Positions 37,005-49,011 of a stretch of DNA of 64,000 nucleotides are shown here, piece after piece. Made by a program: the position numbers and the translations under genes. The stretch lies in the sequence record MH494197.1; one strand, given 5' to 3'. The notes below the pieces were generated by a model that was not told where the DNA came from, did not search any database, and saw only the letters and a list, made by a program, of their open reading frames with translations. Position 1 is the first letter of the stretch, and every line of letters begins with the position of its first letter. Source of the stretch: Escherichia phage CMSTMSU.

Positions 37005-38094
37005 TTAAAAATCTCCTAATATGTTGCCTAATCCGAATTTTGAGCTTGCAGAAGAAACGATGCTTCCTAAACCAATAGCATTTGCACCTCTTGTCACTGC
37101 GGAACCTATGTTTCGGATGGTATCAGGAGTAATGTCACCACGAAGGATATCACCAGCACTACTGATTATATCACTAACTGATGTTCCTGCTCGGATAATT
37201 TTACCAACTGTCGAAATTCCTTTAGTTTTGTCATCAAGTTCACCAAAGTACTTAAAGAATCCACTCACACCAAGACCTTCAGTATCGGTGATGAGTTGTG
37301 CAATTTCCATTGTAGGGACACCAATACTCAAGTACCCTTCAGGACCAAAGTTGTTACACGCTTCATAACGCATAGTCAAAGATAATAGTGCTGGGTCACC
37401 TTCACTTTCCATAGATTTAGTTTCTAATTGTATATCTTCGATGAATACATTTATCATGTTATGAACTGTATAGGTTTCATTATCAATTTCATAGATATTA
37501 ATTGATTTGAAAAGTACTGGTTGTCGTAGTTACCATTGTTCATTACAGAACGACCCCAGTTTCCACCTAAACCATTGAAATTTTCTGGTGTACTGAGTAC
37601 GTCATTTCGGTAAGATTGTGGGTTCTTGTCAAAGAAGTCACCATAGTAGAACTTACGATATGCGTCCATTAAAAGATATCCAGCACCATCGACGGTATCA
37701 TAGAAAACAACATTACTGGGTTTATAAACAATATCACCAGTAACTAAACGTTTTTGTTGTATTGGTTTACGGTTTCAACACTGAAAGAAAAGCTAGGAAG
37801 TGTTACGTCTTTTACAAAGCACGATACATTATTAACATCAAAATCAGTATGTGTATCTGGGAGTTGAGTTTTAATAAAGTTCTTTGCGAACGGGTTAGTA
37901 CAAATTCGATAATAAAACTGTTCTTAAATTTTGGTAAATTATAGAATGAAAAACCCATTTCACCTGCTGTACCAAACACTCGTTGTGCAGCGTTATAATT
38001 TTCAAAAGCTGGATCTCTAATGATGTTGATATTGTCAATAACACCATTAACTATACTAGTTCCAGTACTGACAAATGAATCAAAAAATCACTCA
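37005..38094 (-). CDS. hypothetical tail/baseplate structural protein (frame-broken)
   Basis: ATG 38094 with RBS AAGGAG; ORFs 37454-37669 and 37005-37457 in phase after indels; sits between the tube genes and head-side genes. Confidence 0.4.
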
Positions 38095-38106
38095 TGGGTT
38101 ATCTCC

Positions 38107-38883
38107 TTATAATCCAATGCTACCGAAAACACGGTCAATGATATCTAATCCTTGGTTTACGTTTTCAGGTAAAAGTGAATTTATTCTAGTACTGTACATT
38201 TCTTCGATATTATCGAATTGGATACAATTATCAGGTTTTATTGTAATAACCATTTCAACAGGAGAACTTGAACTATAGTCAAGTGAATCATATGATATAT
38301 TTTGTATAACACATCCTGTTAGTACAAAGTACTCCATAACGCCAGCACTATTGTATGATGATCCACCAATGAACTGATCAACAGCGTTGACTAATCCAGT
38401 ATTGTTGGTAGCGGCAGTTGTTGCATTAACTAATGTGTTTCTTCCCAAGTCTTCTAGTGTATCATCAGAGTTGCGACCATTCAACATCTGAATGACAATT
38501 CCGAACTTATATGAACCATAATCATGGTCAGTTCTGGAAGTAATTCTTCGTTGAAAATCTAATTGTTTCTGTAATTGTCTTGACAAGGCTTTTGCTGATG
38601 CATTACCAACTGAATCACGGATAGTTAAAGTAATTGGGTCCCAATCGTGACTACCAATGTAAGATGTATTTGTTGTAAATTGATATAGTTTATGAGTACT
38701 GAAAGTAACAGTAGGTCTATCAACTTTATCAACATCTAATGCAATGTGATCACGCTCATCTATATCAGTACCGAAATTATATACAATAACACGAAATTTG
38801 TATTTTGCTTTCGGTTGTAACATTGAACGGTTACGTCCTGATGGTAGAGGAACGCCATATTTATTAATCATGTTATTTGCCAT
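38107..38883 (-). CDS. tail tube-like protein (gp19-like), 258 aa
   Basis: Directly downstream of sheath gene; N-terminus KAKYKFRVIVYNFG; C-terminal segment DSLDYSSSSPVEMVITIKPDN resembles the T4 tube C-terminus as I recall it; RBS AAAGAGG. Confidence 0.5.
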   Translation of the reverse strand: MANNMINKYGVPLPSGRNRSMLQPKAKYKFRVIVYNFGTDIDERDHIALDVDKVDRPTVTFSTHKLYQFTTNTSYIGSHDWDPITLTIRDSVGNASAKALSRQLQKQLDFQRRITSRTDHDYGSYKFGIVIQMLNGRNSDDTLEDLGRNTLVNATTAATNNTGLVNAVDQFIGGSSYNSAGVMEYFVLTGCVIQNISYDSLDYSSSSPVEMVITIKPDNCIQFDNIEEMYSTRINSLLPENVNQGLDIIDRVFGSIGL

Positions 38884-38905
38884 AGCAACCTCTTTTATTT
38901 TATAA

Positions 38906-38925
38906 GGTATTATACTTTATTTAGC
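38906..38925 (-). promoter_or_regulatory. late-promoter-like motif GCTAAATAAAGTATAATACC
   Basis: Same core as the fibre-gene motifs; 23-43 nt upstream of ATG 38883. Confidence 0.4.
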
Positions 38926-38955
38926 ATAAAAAGCCCCGAACTAGTTCGAGGCTTA
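38924..38955 (-). terminator. intrinsic terminator between the two tube paralogs
   Basis: Minus-strand hairpin AAGCCTCGAACtagTTCGGGGCTT followed by TTTTATG. Confidence 0.5.
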
Positions 38956-38970
38956 CGTTTAAAAGAAAAA

Positions 38971-39655
38971 TTAATTTTCGTAGAAGTTACTATCTGGTAG
39001 AGTAGTACTACTAATGTTGGTTTGTGCACCACTAATAGAGGTAGCAGTGGATGGGTTACCGAAACCAGTAATTTCATCACCGAACGCTTCACCATTAGGA
39101 CCGAGTTTTGCACAGCCGTCTGGTTGAATTGTCATAGAAATAACTTGTGCTTCACTTGAGGAATAATCCCAGTCACCAAAGTTACTAGATTCGATAAAGC
39201 AGCCTTGACATACCCAAGTACTCAAAGTACCTTCAAAAGGTTAGAAGTGTTTTCACTATTGGAGCCATCTAGCTCTTGAATCCACATTTCAAATTTGAAC
39301 TGGGAATCAGTCATACGAGATTCTTGACTGTAATAGTTAAATTCTTTACGCATTTGGTTATAAAGAGCTTTAGCAGAAGCATTACCAACTGAATCACGGA
39401 AAGCCACATCAATAGTATCCCAAGTATACTTACCTTTATAGTGAGCAGAACTGTTATAACTATGCACAGTGACGTTTTCATGTGATACAGATACAGCACC
39501 AACGGTGTTGGTATCTAGGTAATCATATTGCCATCGTCGTTAGCACCGAAGCCAAAGAAAACAACACGGAATTTATATTTTGCTTTAGGTTGTTTCATAG
39601 AGATACGACCACCGCCAGCGAGCGGAACGCCATATCGATCAAGCATTGTAGCCAT
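38971..39655 (-). CDS. tail tube-like paralog (frame-broken)
   Basis: N-terminus MATMLDRYGVPLAGGGRISMKQPKAKYKFRVV and internal RDSVGNASAKAL both match the 38107-38883 protein; RBS CAGGAGAA. Confidence 0.5.
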
Positions 39656-39997
39656 TTATATTCTCCTGTTATGGAATGACATCTTTATATTATTTATCTA
39701 TTACTTACACTTTTATTGAAGTATCTCATCAACAGGAAACCAATCTATATTCACACAATACAAGTACTTTTTCTTGTTTATGATCTGTATAGTTTACACC
39801 AACCGACCATTTACCATTTGTGTAAACATTGTATTCTCGAATTATACCGACAATGTTCCAAATTTTGTATAAAAGCTTTAAGGATTTTACGGCATCGTCC
39901 TGTGTCGCTACAGTTTTACTTACATCTTGTAATGTTTTTAAGTATTTCTTCCATATTATTCCTGATCGTTGAATTAATAACATAACGTATTTAATTT

Positions 39998-40027
39998 TAA
40001 ACAATAAAAGGAACCAAAAGGTTCCTT
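39998..40027 (-). terminator. intrinsic terminator after sheath gene
   Basis: Minus-strand GGAACCttttGGTTCC followed by TTTTATTGTTT. Confidence 0.5.
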
Positions 40028-40033
40028 AGTGTT

Positions 40034-42688
40034 TTATTGAGTCTTTTCAATACGAATAGGTACGTAAATGAAGTTGATAGACTTAGTAGGTTGGATTGCA
40101 ATATCCATCCAAAGTTCGTTACGGTCAATACGTTCAGAAGTGTTGTTACTTTCGTCACAAACTACTGCGAAGTTGTATAGACCTTGTTGTTGAACGATTT
40201 CAGCTAGAAGCTATTCACTACACCACTGAATTCCTGACGAGTACTTGGAGTATTCAAACGGAATAGGAATGGTTCAGAGATGATTTCTAGTTGACGACGA
40301 ATGTAAACAACCAAACGAGCAACGTTAACACGGCTTAGTGCAGAGGTTTGGTTAGCAGATAGTGTTTTATCACCATATACTAGCAAGCCACGGTTAGGAC
40401 GCATTGCAATTGGGTTAATGTTGTTGGTATACATCACGTCACGTTGACCTTGGTTGTATACTACTGGTTGATATTCACCTTCACTGTTAATGAAACCAGT
40501 ACTTGCAGCGTTGGTTACAACACCACGAGTAGTACCAGCAGGTGGATACCATACAAAACTAACACTATCACTGTACGCATAGGTACGCATTGCAACAGTA
40601 CTGCCGGAACCGCTACTTCTTCACCATCAACGTTAGTACTTAGACACCAGCCCATGTACTGAGCAGCATAATCATATGCAGAAGTACGGCCTACTGAACC
40701 ATTACTTGGTGCGTTATTCGCGTTAGTAGCCCATTCTTGAACTGCACTACCGTTTCCGGTTGGGTTCAAACGAGCAGGTACATCAGTTACAATGAACGCT
40801 GTTTCTTTACGATCAGTGTTTAGGGTAATACATTCATCTAGAGTTTCTACATAACCGGAACACAGATTAGGTTGAAGTCGATGAATTCAGAACGGATATC
40901 ATCATTACCGACGATTACAGCAGCTAGTGCTTCAACGATTAGTTTGCGTTGTGCTGCACGACCGAATAGACCTGCACCATCAAGACTAACACCACTAACA
41001 ACTTGCCATTGACCATTAACCATTTTCTTAACAACACCTTCGGTATTACCGAGGTCAATTGCAAGCATACCATTCTGATAAAGAGCAGCAGAAGCAACTT
41101 GTTCAGGGAAGTTAAAGTCAGCGAAAATCATACCGTTTAGAGTACTTTGGTCAGTATTGTCTAGTTTAACCCACTCACCATCAACGTTACGATAGAAATC
41201 ATAACCATCAATGCCTTGAGATAGAGGGCGTACCCAAATTAGGCGGTCAGCCGATGGCTCATCAACTTGAACGTATTTGTTATCTTCTTGTACTAGATCC
41301 CATTCGTCATTTGCAACATCTGCAATGTACATGGTAACAGTTAGGTTATCTGAATTACCGAAATCATACCAAATAGTACCGTCTTTAGCAATACTACGTG
41401 GAACAGAAGAGCTAACACGCAAGTTATTAACGTTAACTAGAGAATAGTTGTTACTATCTACAGTTAGTTTAGCTAGTTCATTCGCTGCAAAAATATCATC
41501 ACCGCTTTGGGTAACTTTAAAGCTATAACCTTTGGTGTTTGTAACTACCAAACCGCCATTAGATTCACGTTTGAATTTGAATCCATCATTGATAAGATCA
41601 GCACTAACATTTAGATTATCGATGATAGTTTGAGTATTAATTACGCCACCTTGTGGTACTGCAAGTACTTTAACAGATTTGTTTAGGTAAGCGAAAGTCA
41701 AATAACTATTTTCACCAGCTTGCTCAATAACAGTTTCACCTAGTGGTACTGCTGGAGCACTAATTGCTGATAGTTTTGCACTTTGAATATAGAAAGAGAA
41801 ACTCTTACTATCGTCATCAAAACGGCAAGCAATATAACTGTTGTTTAGTACACCACTCTTAGCTTCAACTTCTTGGAAAGAATTACCAGTATATGCTGGA
41901 ACGATATTCCAAACTTGAGTTAGAGATGCATAACGTTTTAGAACAAAGCGAGTGCCAAAATAGTTTGAACCATTTTGAGTATAACCATCACGAATCCATA
42001 CGTTACCTTGTTCAACAGTTGAACCAACTGGAACTTTGTTGATTGGTGATAGATAAGTTTCAACCTGTACTAGACCAGATGCTGCACGTTTGTACATAAG
42101 CATTTGACCATTACTTGGCTTATAACGTAGAACTAGATCATCAACGTTTAGACCAACTAGGCTAACATCGTCAACTTCTTCAGAACTTACGATGGTAACA
42201 GGCTTCAATTGCCAGTCATAGAAGCTGCTTGGGCTGTCTTTCTTAGCAACATAAGCTTCAATTTGTGATTGAGCAGCATCAAACCATAGAGTACCATTTG
42301 GTACTGGGCCAGTTGGTGCAGTTGCACTTGGTGATAGTTGAGCCAAATCGATATCAGCACGAATAACATATGCACGGTTGGTGATACCTAGATAAGAATA
42401 TACAGCATGTAGACCATATTCGTTTAGTTCGTCACCTTGAACAACTGAACCATTGTTCATTTGGAAAATTGGTGAGCCAAATGTATCTAGTGAGCTTTTC
42501 TGTGATGTTAGTAGCTGTAGTTTACCAGCGTTTGCTTTAGTGGTTCCGCAGCGATTGCACTGCTACCGGAACAAGTTTGTCTTCAGCAGTAGCGATTACA
42601 AATAGTGGTACTGTGCGAGCAGCAGCAGTACTCATACTTTCATCAGTTACTGAAATGGAAACGCCGGTGAGAGTAGATCTCCTGCCAT
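40034..42688 (-). CDS. tail sheath protein (about 880 aa; frame-broken)
   Basis: N-terminal region resembles the gp18 family (LLSP..., LHAVYSYLGITNRAYVIRA); C-terminus RVNVARLVVYIRRQLE and NELWMDIAIQPTKSINFIY; RBS GGAGG before ATG 42688. Confidence 0.85.
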
Positions 42689-42782
42689 ATTAAATCCTCC
42701 AAAAATAATTGGTTATTCGAATTATATTCGTATAGTCTTATTTATTGAAGGATTTGAATGTCAAGTCCTAATTGTTTTAATT

Positions 42783-43404
42783 TCACTTATTGGCATAAAT
42801 AACGCTCAATGCTTGTTGGTGCAACGCTTCAATTGTGCTATTATTTTGTACAATGATATCAGGATTATTGATACCAATCCACGCCCATTCAGATTCATGA
42901 ACTGATTCTAACTCAATTGGTTTCATGCTAATATCACCTTTATTAAAAGATGCTGCTAAACCATACCAGTGTGGGAGGGTACGCTGAACTTCAATCACAA
43001 TACCATTTAATGAACGAATCATTTTTAGTTCATTTGGGAATCGACAGTCAGTAATGATAATATTCCTTCAACAGATTGCATTGACTTCTAAACTATGGAC
43101 CCAAATATCATTATGAAAGTACTTACGCAAAATATTAGTACCGTAATTCTGTAATACCCATCGAGGGAAACATCATCACGCCCCAACTTCTCGCACCAGT
43201 ACTGGTCTGGCTCTTCACGGAGTTTACGACTTTCCTTAGTCGAACCCTCAAGCATTTCACGATCCATCCAAAGATAGCAGCAACTGAATCTTTAAGATTA
43301 GTTGCAAATGACATTCTTGTGTAACCATTATTGATAAAAGTTTCACCAAAAGTATCTTTGCCACTACCGATAGTACCGTTAATTGCAATTATTTGTCTTT
43401 CCAT
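42783..43404 (-). CDS. dNMP kinase-like P-loop protein (gp1-like; frame-broken)
   Basis: INGTIGSGKDTFGE ... KDSVAAIFGW resembles the T4 gene 1 N-terminus; RBS GGAGAAG. Confidence 0.5.
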
Positions 43405-43422
43405 AATACTTCTCCATGTATA

Positions 43423-43701
43423 TTATATAAGTACTACTAAATCCTTTCCTACTAAACATTCAAGTAATCCAACTATAAACTCACTCCCATAATATATAGT
43501 AACATAAGTGATGTAGAATGTTTCACCATTATCATCACGACATATACTCGCCCACGCGTTTATTCGATCTCTACCGAAAACATCTACGATTGATTCTTTT
43601 ATAAATTTCCAGTTCTTTTCGGTTGATTCATAATCCAATGTAGGTGCTCCACAAGTATATTTGTTATACATTGCATACACTGCATCTATGTTGTTATTCA
43701 T
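43423..43701 (-). CDS. hypothetical protein, 92 aa
   Basis: ORF only. Confidence 0.35.
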   Translation of the reverse strand: MNNNIDAVYAMYNKYTCGAPTLDYESTEKNWKFIKESIVDVFGRDRINAWASICRDDNGETFYITYVTIYYGSEFIVGLLECLVGKDLVVLI

Positions 43702-43744
43702 GTCAGGTTCCTTTAGATTAATATTATCATTATATCACAACATA

Positions 43745-43778
43745 TAAAAAGACCCCATATAGAGTCTTTTTTGTTTTA
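43745..43778 (-). terminator. hairpin with U-tracts on both strands (likely bidirectional terminator)
   Basis: aaaaAGACcccatatagaGTCTtttttgtttt. Confidence 0.4.
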
Positions 43779-43789
43779 TCCGATAATCA

Positions 43790-44563
43790 TTCCAAGTGGA
43801 TCACCACCATCTTTGTATCTCTTCAACTGTTCTTTAAGCTGTTCTTGAAGTTGTGCACCTTCATTACGTAATGTATCACCATCCATAGAGAATGTACCCT
43901 GTGGTCCGCAATGTAGCAAATTTAGCACGGTTGCGACCCAACATAATCATAGCTTCAGACAATGCCCAGTCACGTAGCCAAGGATAGCTTTGTTGACGTT
44001 GGAATAGCAATGGTTCAGGTATATTATGATATACATGTAATAGCACTTCTTCAGTACCACGAATATCACGGTCAATTATTAGTTTTTGGTCATTGGGTTG
44101 AACTGGAAGATGATTTCTCTACCAAACATACGCCCAACTAATTCTTGGAACTGAAAACTAAAATCATAAGTAGTTAAGTCATAACCACCAGCGTTACGTG
44201 CAGACGTTAAAAGGTAAGTGTTGGTAAATGCGAGTGAAAAAGGGTCTACTGAGTTACCACTTCCAGAACTTAGATAACCGTTACCATAACGATAAATCTG
44301 TTTGACAATTTCAACTTCAGTAGGGAGCATGTATACAGATTGTGAATCATAGAATTTCATGTTCAAGAATGCTTCTTCTTTGAAGCAGAACTCCATGCTC
44401 GGTAGTTTGATACCGCATTATCAATTGCAATTTCCAATTGACCATCAGTAATTTCAACTTCAACTGCACCAGCACCTAACATTTGAGTGATAACATCTTT
44501 CAGTTTTTCACGATGATCAAAGTTTGGAGCATCTGGGTTTCCACCCATATAATCGTAAGACAT
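43790..44563 (-). CDS. hypothetical late protein (frame-broken)
   Basis: ORFs 44363-44593 and 44079-44396; RBS GAGGTG; preceded by a late-type motif. Confidence 0.4.
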
Positions 44564-44581
44564 AAAAAGCACCTCATTAAT

Positions 44582-44601
44582 GTTTATATACATTATTTAG
44601 A
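44582..44601 (-). promoter_or_regulatory. late-promoter-like motif CTAAATAATGTATATAAACA
   Basis: Closest match to the fibre-gene motif CTAAATATATGTATATTAAC. Confidence 0.4.
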
Positions 44602-44770
44602 GGTGCTAATAGTTATTTGGAATTATACAAGCAATACAAGTATACCATAGGAGCAAAATGTTCGGTATCAACTAAGTATATTAACTGGGTGTCATATATA
44701 CCGTACAAATCTCGAAATTTATCTCTGTACAGCAACAATGACTTATTGTTGTGTGGGTCAACCCAGTACT

Positions 44771-45199
44771 TTAAGTCATTGTAGTGCAACGTGTTATTAC
44801 GGTAACCTGATAATATTTGTTTTTAGCCAACTTTTTACAATTACTTAGTAAATGCATGATGGCATCAGCGGTAAATGGTCCCAGTACTAAAACTTCTTCT
44901 CCATTACCGAAGATACTCAATGGTACAGATTGTTGTCCTGCTAGATATTCGATTTGTTCTAATTCGAAAATGTCATCAGCAGCATAAACAACCTGTTCCA
45001 TTTCATTATCTTTAATCCATGACTGCCAATGTTCTTTAAACTGCTTCGCTTCGTATTCCAGTACATAGTTAGGTGATTCTGGATTGTACTGATGTAGCAT
45101 TGTCATACCAGCCATAACCAGTTCTTTTGGTGATGGAGTAGAATCTTTCAGTACTACGATAGCTTGGATAGTTTTAACTTTAACGTTTTGAGCAGCCAT
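44771..45199 (-). CDS. hypothetical protein, 142 aa
   Basis: ORF only. Confidence 0.35.
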   Translation of the reverse strand: MAAQNVKVKTIQAIVVLKDSTPSPKELVMAGMTMLHQYNPESPNYVLEYEAKQFKEHWQSWIKDNEMEQVVYAADDIFELEQIEYLAGQQSVPLSIFGNGEEVLVLGPFTADAIMHLLSNCKKLAKNKYYQVTVITRCTTMT

Positions 45200-45535
45200 T
45201 AGATACCTCTATTATAGAATGATTTTGTTATCAGGAACAATCAGTGCTGGTTTTTCTTCGATAGCCTTGATTGCTTCAACATAAGCTTCAACTAGTGCAG
45301 GGTTTGCATCGCTGATGCTAATGATGTTGGATTTATAAAAATAACGCCTTTTTCAGAACTAATGAATTCTAGGTAATCACGTAGAATGATTTCACCTTGT
45401 TCGTCAGTACCTAGCTGTGCTGGGTAGTTAACTACTACTGCTTCTGGTGCATCATTTTGTAGAATTGCTAGTACTGCCAACGCTGTTGATGTTTAGTAGT
45501 TTAACGGTCATAGTCATTTTGTCAAGTCCTTTTGT

Positions 45536-46012
45536 TTATTTTAGAAAGTATAAGTGTTTTTCTGCATTAACCAGTCTGTGGTCAATGATTTCTTTGATAA
45601 CGTTCCAGTTACCACCGCCTAAATCGGCTCCAATTTTCGGGAAGTGTACATGAACAGTGCGTTCAACGTTACATAAGTAATTGAGTTGTTTGAAAACATC
45701 ATCGATTGCATCATAACTCACATACTTAGAACCGTCATTACCATAGTACTTTTGGGTAATGCAGTTTGCGATAAGCAAATCATCACTTATAGAAGAATAT
45801 GAAATTTGTCCTGTTCTTAGAAATCCCATTTCCTTTTCATATGCTTTATAATCATCATATGCCATCGGATAACGATTTCTTAGTTCTTTTGCAAAACCCG
45901 AACCCATCTTACCCTGTGCATTACAACCATGAGCGATTATATGCAACGCGGTTTGATCATCAGTAACAGTGTTGAACAATTCAAACAAATTACCTAGGTG
46001 TTCATGTATCAT
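45536..46012 (-). CDS. macro domain protein, TARG1/OARD1-like
   Basis: IIAHGCNAQGKMGSGFAKEL and HFPKIGADLGGGNWNVIKEII match the two conserved segments of TARG1-type macro domains as I recall them. Confidence 0.6.
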   Translation of the reverse strand: MIHEHLGNLFELFNTVTDDQTALHIIAHGCNAQGKMGSGFAKELRNRYPMAYDDYKAYEKEMGFLRTGQISYSSISDDLLIANCITQKYYGNDGSKYVSYDAIDDVFKQLNYLCNVERTVHVHFPKIGADLGGGNWNVIKEIIDHRLVNAEKHLYFLK

Positions 46013-46055
46013 TATATTCTCCGAAAGAAAGGACTCTGTAATCAGAGTCCTTAAT

Positions 46056-46319
46056 TTATATTTTATTCTTCTTCACCGAATCGAATTTTTTCAATTCTTT
46101 TCGTTGTTTGCGAGCAATGGTACTTTTGTGAAGTCTATTACCACGTTTTGTGTCTTTCGTAATGTACCATGAATCTTCTGGTGCATCATAATCACAATAA
46201 CCATCTTCTGTAATCGTCCCTAAGAAAGCAGACTTTTTAGGAATGGATGTTTGAGCTTTAGCAGCGAATTGGCCTTTTGCTAATTGTTCACGAAAACTGA
46301 GCATAATAGTATCTCCCAA
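46056..46319 (-). CDS. hypothetical basic protein, 87 aa
   Basis: ORF only; Lys/Arg-rich C-terminus. Confidence 0.3.
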   Translation of the reverse strand: MGDTIMLSFREQLAKGQFAAKAQTSIPKKSAFLGTITEDGYCDYDAPEDSWYITKDTKRGNRLHKSTIARKQRKELKKFDSVKKNKI

Positions 46320-46349
46320 ATTGTTACGAAGAACTTGTGTTCTTCATTA

Positions 46350-46592
46350 TTATTTAGGGTTGCTCGAAACCTCTACTGAAGCGATGAATGCCAAAATATC
46401 ATCTTTACTGAAAGCTTCAATAATATAAGCAACCGCTTTATCGTACTGTTCTTTCTTAGTAGTGTATTCTTTCATTTTGTGAATTTTACGTTGTGCTTTA
46501 ACTTTTGCAGCTTCCATATCAGGCATTTTAAATTCAACACCCAATGTGTCAGCTAAATGTTTTGCACGAGATGATACTTTATCAATATTCAT
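46350..46592 (-). CDS. hypothetical protein, 80 aa
   Basis: ORF only. Confidence 0.3.
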   Translation of the reverse strand: MNIDKVSSRAKHLADTLGVEFKMPDMEAAKVKAQRKIHKMKEYTTKKEQYDKAVAYIIEAFSKDDILAFIASVEVSSNPK

Positions 46593-46609
46593 TAATTCCA
46601 GCGACCTTC

Positions 46610-46849
46610 TTTAAGACCTTCAACGAAACCAGTACAGCCACGGAACGTAAACATCGTTTACGAAAATTTGTGGAACCTGTCGTACTGGCTCACCACATAG
46701 TTCAGATAGTTTAGCACCATCAATACCAGCGGTAACATATCGATAAACTCCATATCAAATTTGTTATTTTCACATACTGCTTTAGCAGTGTCGCAGAATT
46801 TACAACCAGTAGTGCGACCATAAATTTTAACTTTCATTTCTTTTCCTTT
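46610..46849 (-). CDS. glutaredoxin/NrdH-like redoxin (frame-broken)
   Basis: MKVKIYGRTTGCKFCDTAKAV with C-x-x-C; C-terminal part in a shifted frame. Confidence 0.5.
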
Positions 46850-47046
46850 ATTTCGTTGAAACATCGTAACAGCCTTTATTATACTGTTACACATTCGTTC
46901 AGTCAAATACTTTTGACAATCTAGTACATCAATGTACATGAACTTATCCAATTCTGGGTGACTTCTACCATATCTGTTTGTGTAAGTACTTTTACACTCC
47001 AACTCTTCTGGTATAGGCTTATCTTTGGCTGTATAGAAAAATAAAA

Positions 47047-47288
47047 CTAAACGTTTCCCTTTCTATACGATACATCACCAAGAAACAGAAGATCATCTTC
47101 ATCGATTTCATATCCTGTCTCTTCGTAGCATTCACGTACAGCAGCCTCTTTAAATGTTTCTGTACCTTCAGTTTTACCTTTAGGTAAGTCCCAGTGATTC
47201 TGTCCGTGTTGTATGCCCGATAAGTATCTGACCATCACGATAAAATATTATACCACAGCTATAACGCATAATCTTATCTCTTTATCAT
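47047..47288 (-). CDS. NUDIX hydrolase (second copy; frameshift near N-terminus)
   Basis: Nudix box GKTEGTETFKEAAVRECYEETGYEI. Confidence 0.6.
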
Positions 47289-47344
47289 CAAGTGATGTTC
47301 AGATACTAGTAATTATATCAGAAGATGTTAACTTGTCCCAGCTT

Positions 47345-48578
47345 TTAGAACATTTGCTTGATTGCTTCAATACGCAATTCAGCAACAAAATCACGAATCT
47401 CCGATGTTTGGAGTTCACCATCTTTCACTAACTGCTGAATATCAGGTAATTCAACATCAGTATAACGATCATAAACTTTAATAATCAAATCTTCAAGTTC
47501 AGAATCAATTTCTTTGTTCAAAATGAAGTTTTCCAGTACTTTGTAAAGGAAATCTTCACCACCATTGTTTTTGATATTCATATCCAGTAAGATTTGTCCC
47601 ATTTCAACTGGGGTCTTCTTACGGAAGGTTTTAATATCTTCACGGAAACGCTTGATGTAATTATAAACTTCACGTACTTAACTGGAACCTTAATGGAACC
47701 GTTAAGTACTGAATCATTATTTACTTCTTCATTTTCAAGAAGTACTGTCCATAAGAAATATGGTTTATATTCTTCTGTACAATTTACAGAGATAGAATCA
47801 ATTAATTCCAGACGTTTCTTGGTAACTGGAACTGTAGTAAATGCCTTTTCGTAATAACCAAATTGTACCAGAGTTTTGATAAACTTGGAAGGGTTTTCTT
47901 CAGAAAGTGCTTTTCGAATTCAACAAAACACGATCTGGAACTAGATGGTCTAGTTCACCAGTACTAACCATATCTTTACACATTGTCATAGTATCATCAT
48001 GGATTGTAAAGTCGGAGTAACGCGTAGCGAAACGGGCCAAACGTAGAACACGCAATGGATCTTCTTTAAAGTGTTCTGATACATGACGAAGTACTTTGTT
48101 CTTGATATCAGCTTTCCCGCCATAAGGGTCGATGTGAATCTGGAGTACTGGATCATATGCAATACTATTGATTGTGAGATCACGACGATATAGATCTTGT
48201 TCTAGTGTCACACCTTTGTATTCACTTCGAAACCACCATATCCAGTACCAGTTTTACGCTCAGTACGGGCTAATGCGTGTTCATTACCTTCTGGACTTAG
48301 ATATACAGGAAATCCTTACCTACTTGCTTGTATCCAATACTTTGCAAGTATTTAATATCGGATTCGGTAGCACCGACAATAACATAATCTTTGTCTTTTG
48401 CACGGATGCCCATTAAACGGTCACGAACGTAGCCACCAACCAAATACTTTTTCATATCATTCCCCATCAACCAATCACGTAGACGTTCCCAGAAGCCTTT
48501 TGGCTGATATTCTGGATATTCATATTCATCTGTTCCTTGCTCGGAAACACCCCAATCTTCTTCTAATACTGTAATCAC
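47345..48578 (-). CDS. CCA-adding tRNA nucleotidyltransferase family enzyme (frame-broken)
   Basis: [49 protein letters not shown]; preceded in frame by a 40-codon segment that is duplicated at 49587-49706. Confidence 0.7.
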
Positions 48579-48636
48579 AATGCCTCCAATTAAATTAATC
48601 TATCACGTAGACGGTCGTAATATTTTGCATGTATAT

Positions 48637-49011
48637 CTAGTATACACTGAAATGACGGATAGTCAATACTAAATGTATCATCAATGAACATGTACTGATC
48701 AAGTGTTTCAGGACCATTATCATAAACTGGCAATGAACCTTCTTTTTTAACAGTGTGTTCCACATCAAATCACATGTAGTATCGAAAATTGCGTATGCTA
48801 ATTCTATCTTACTTTTTCTAAGTGTAATTAATAATTCATCATTCTCTACTAACGCGTTTCGTATTTTTACACGTACTGTACCCTGAAATTTATTAGTGGT
48901 TAGTACTCTATATTGATTATACGAAATCATGCCTCGTATTTCAGTACTGATTTCTTGTTCAGAAAAGTACCTTAATGTACTGTGGAAATTTGGTATTTTA
49001 CGAATGTCCAT
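48637..49011 (-). CDS. hypothetical protein, member of a tandem paralog set
   Basis: C-terminal frame DQYMFIDDTFSIDYPSF parallels YLQYQFIDDTFGFDFELYN of the 48998-49408 ORF. Confidence 0.35.
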   Translation of the reverse strand: MDIRKIPNFHSTLRYFSEQEISTEIRGMISYNQYRVLTTNKFQGTVRVKIRNALVENDELLITLRKSKIELAYAIFDTTCDLMWNTLLKKKVHCQFMIMVLKHLISTCSLMIHLVLTIRHFSVY

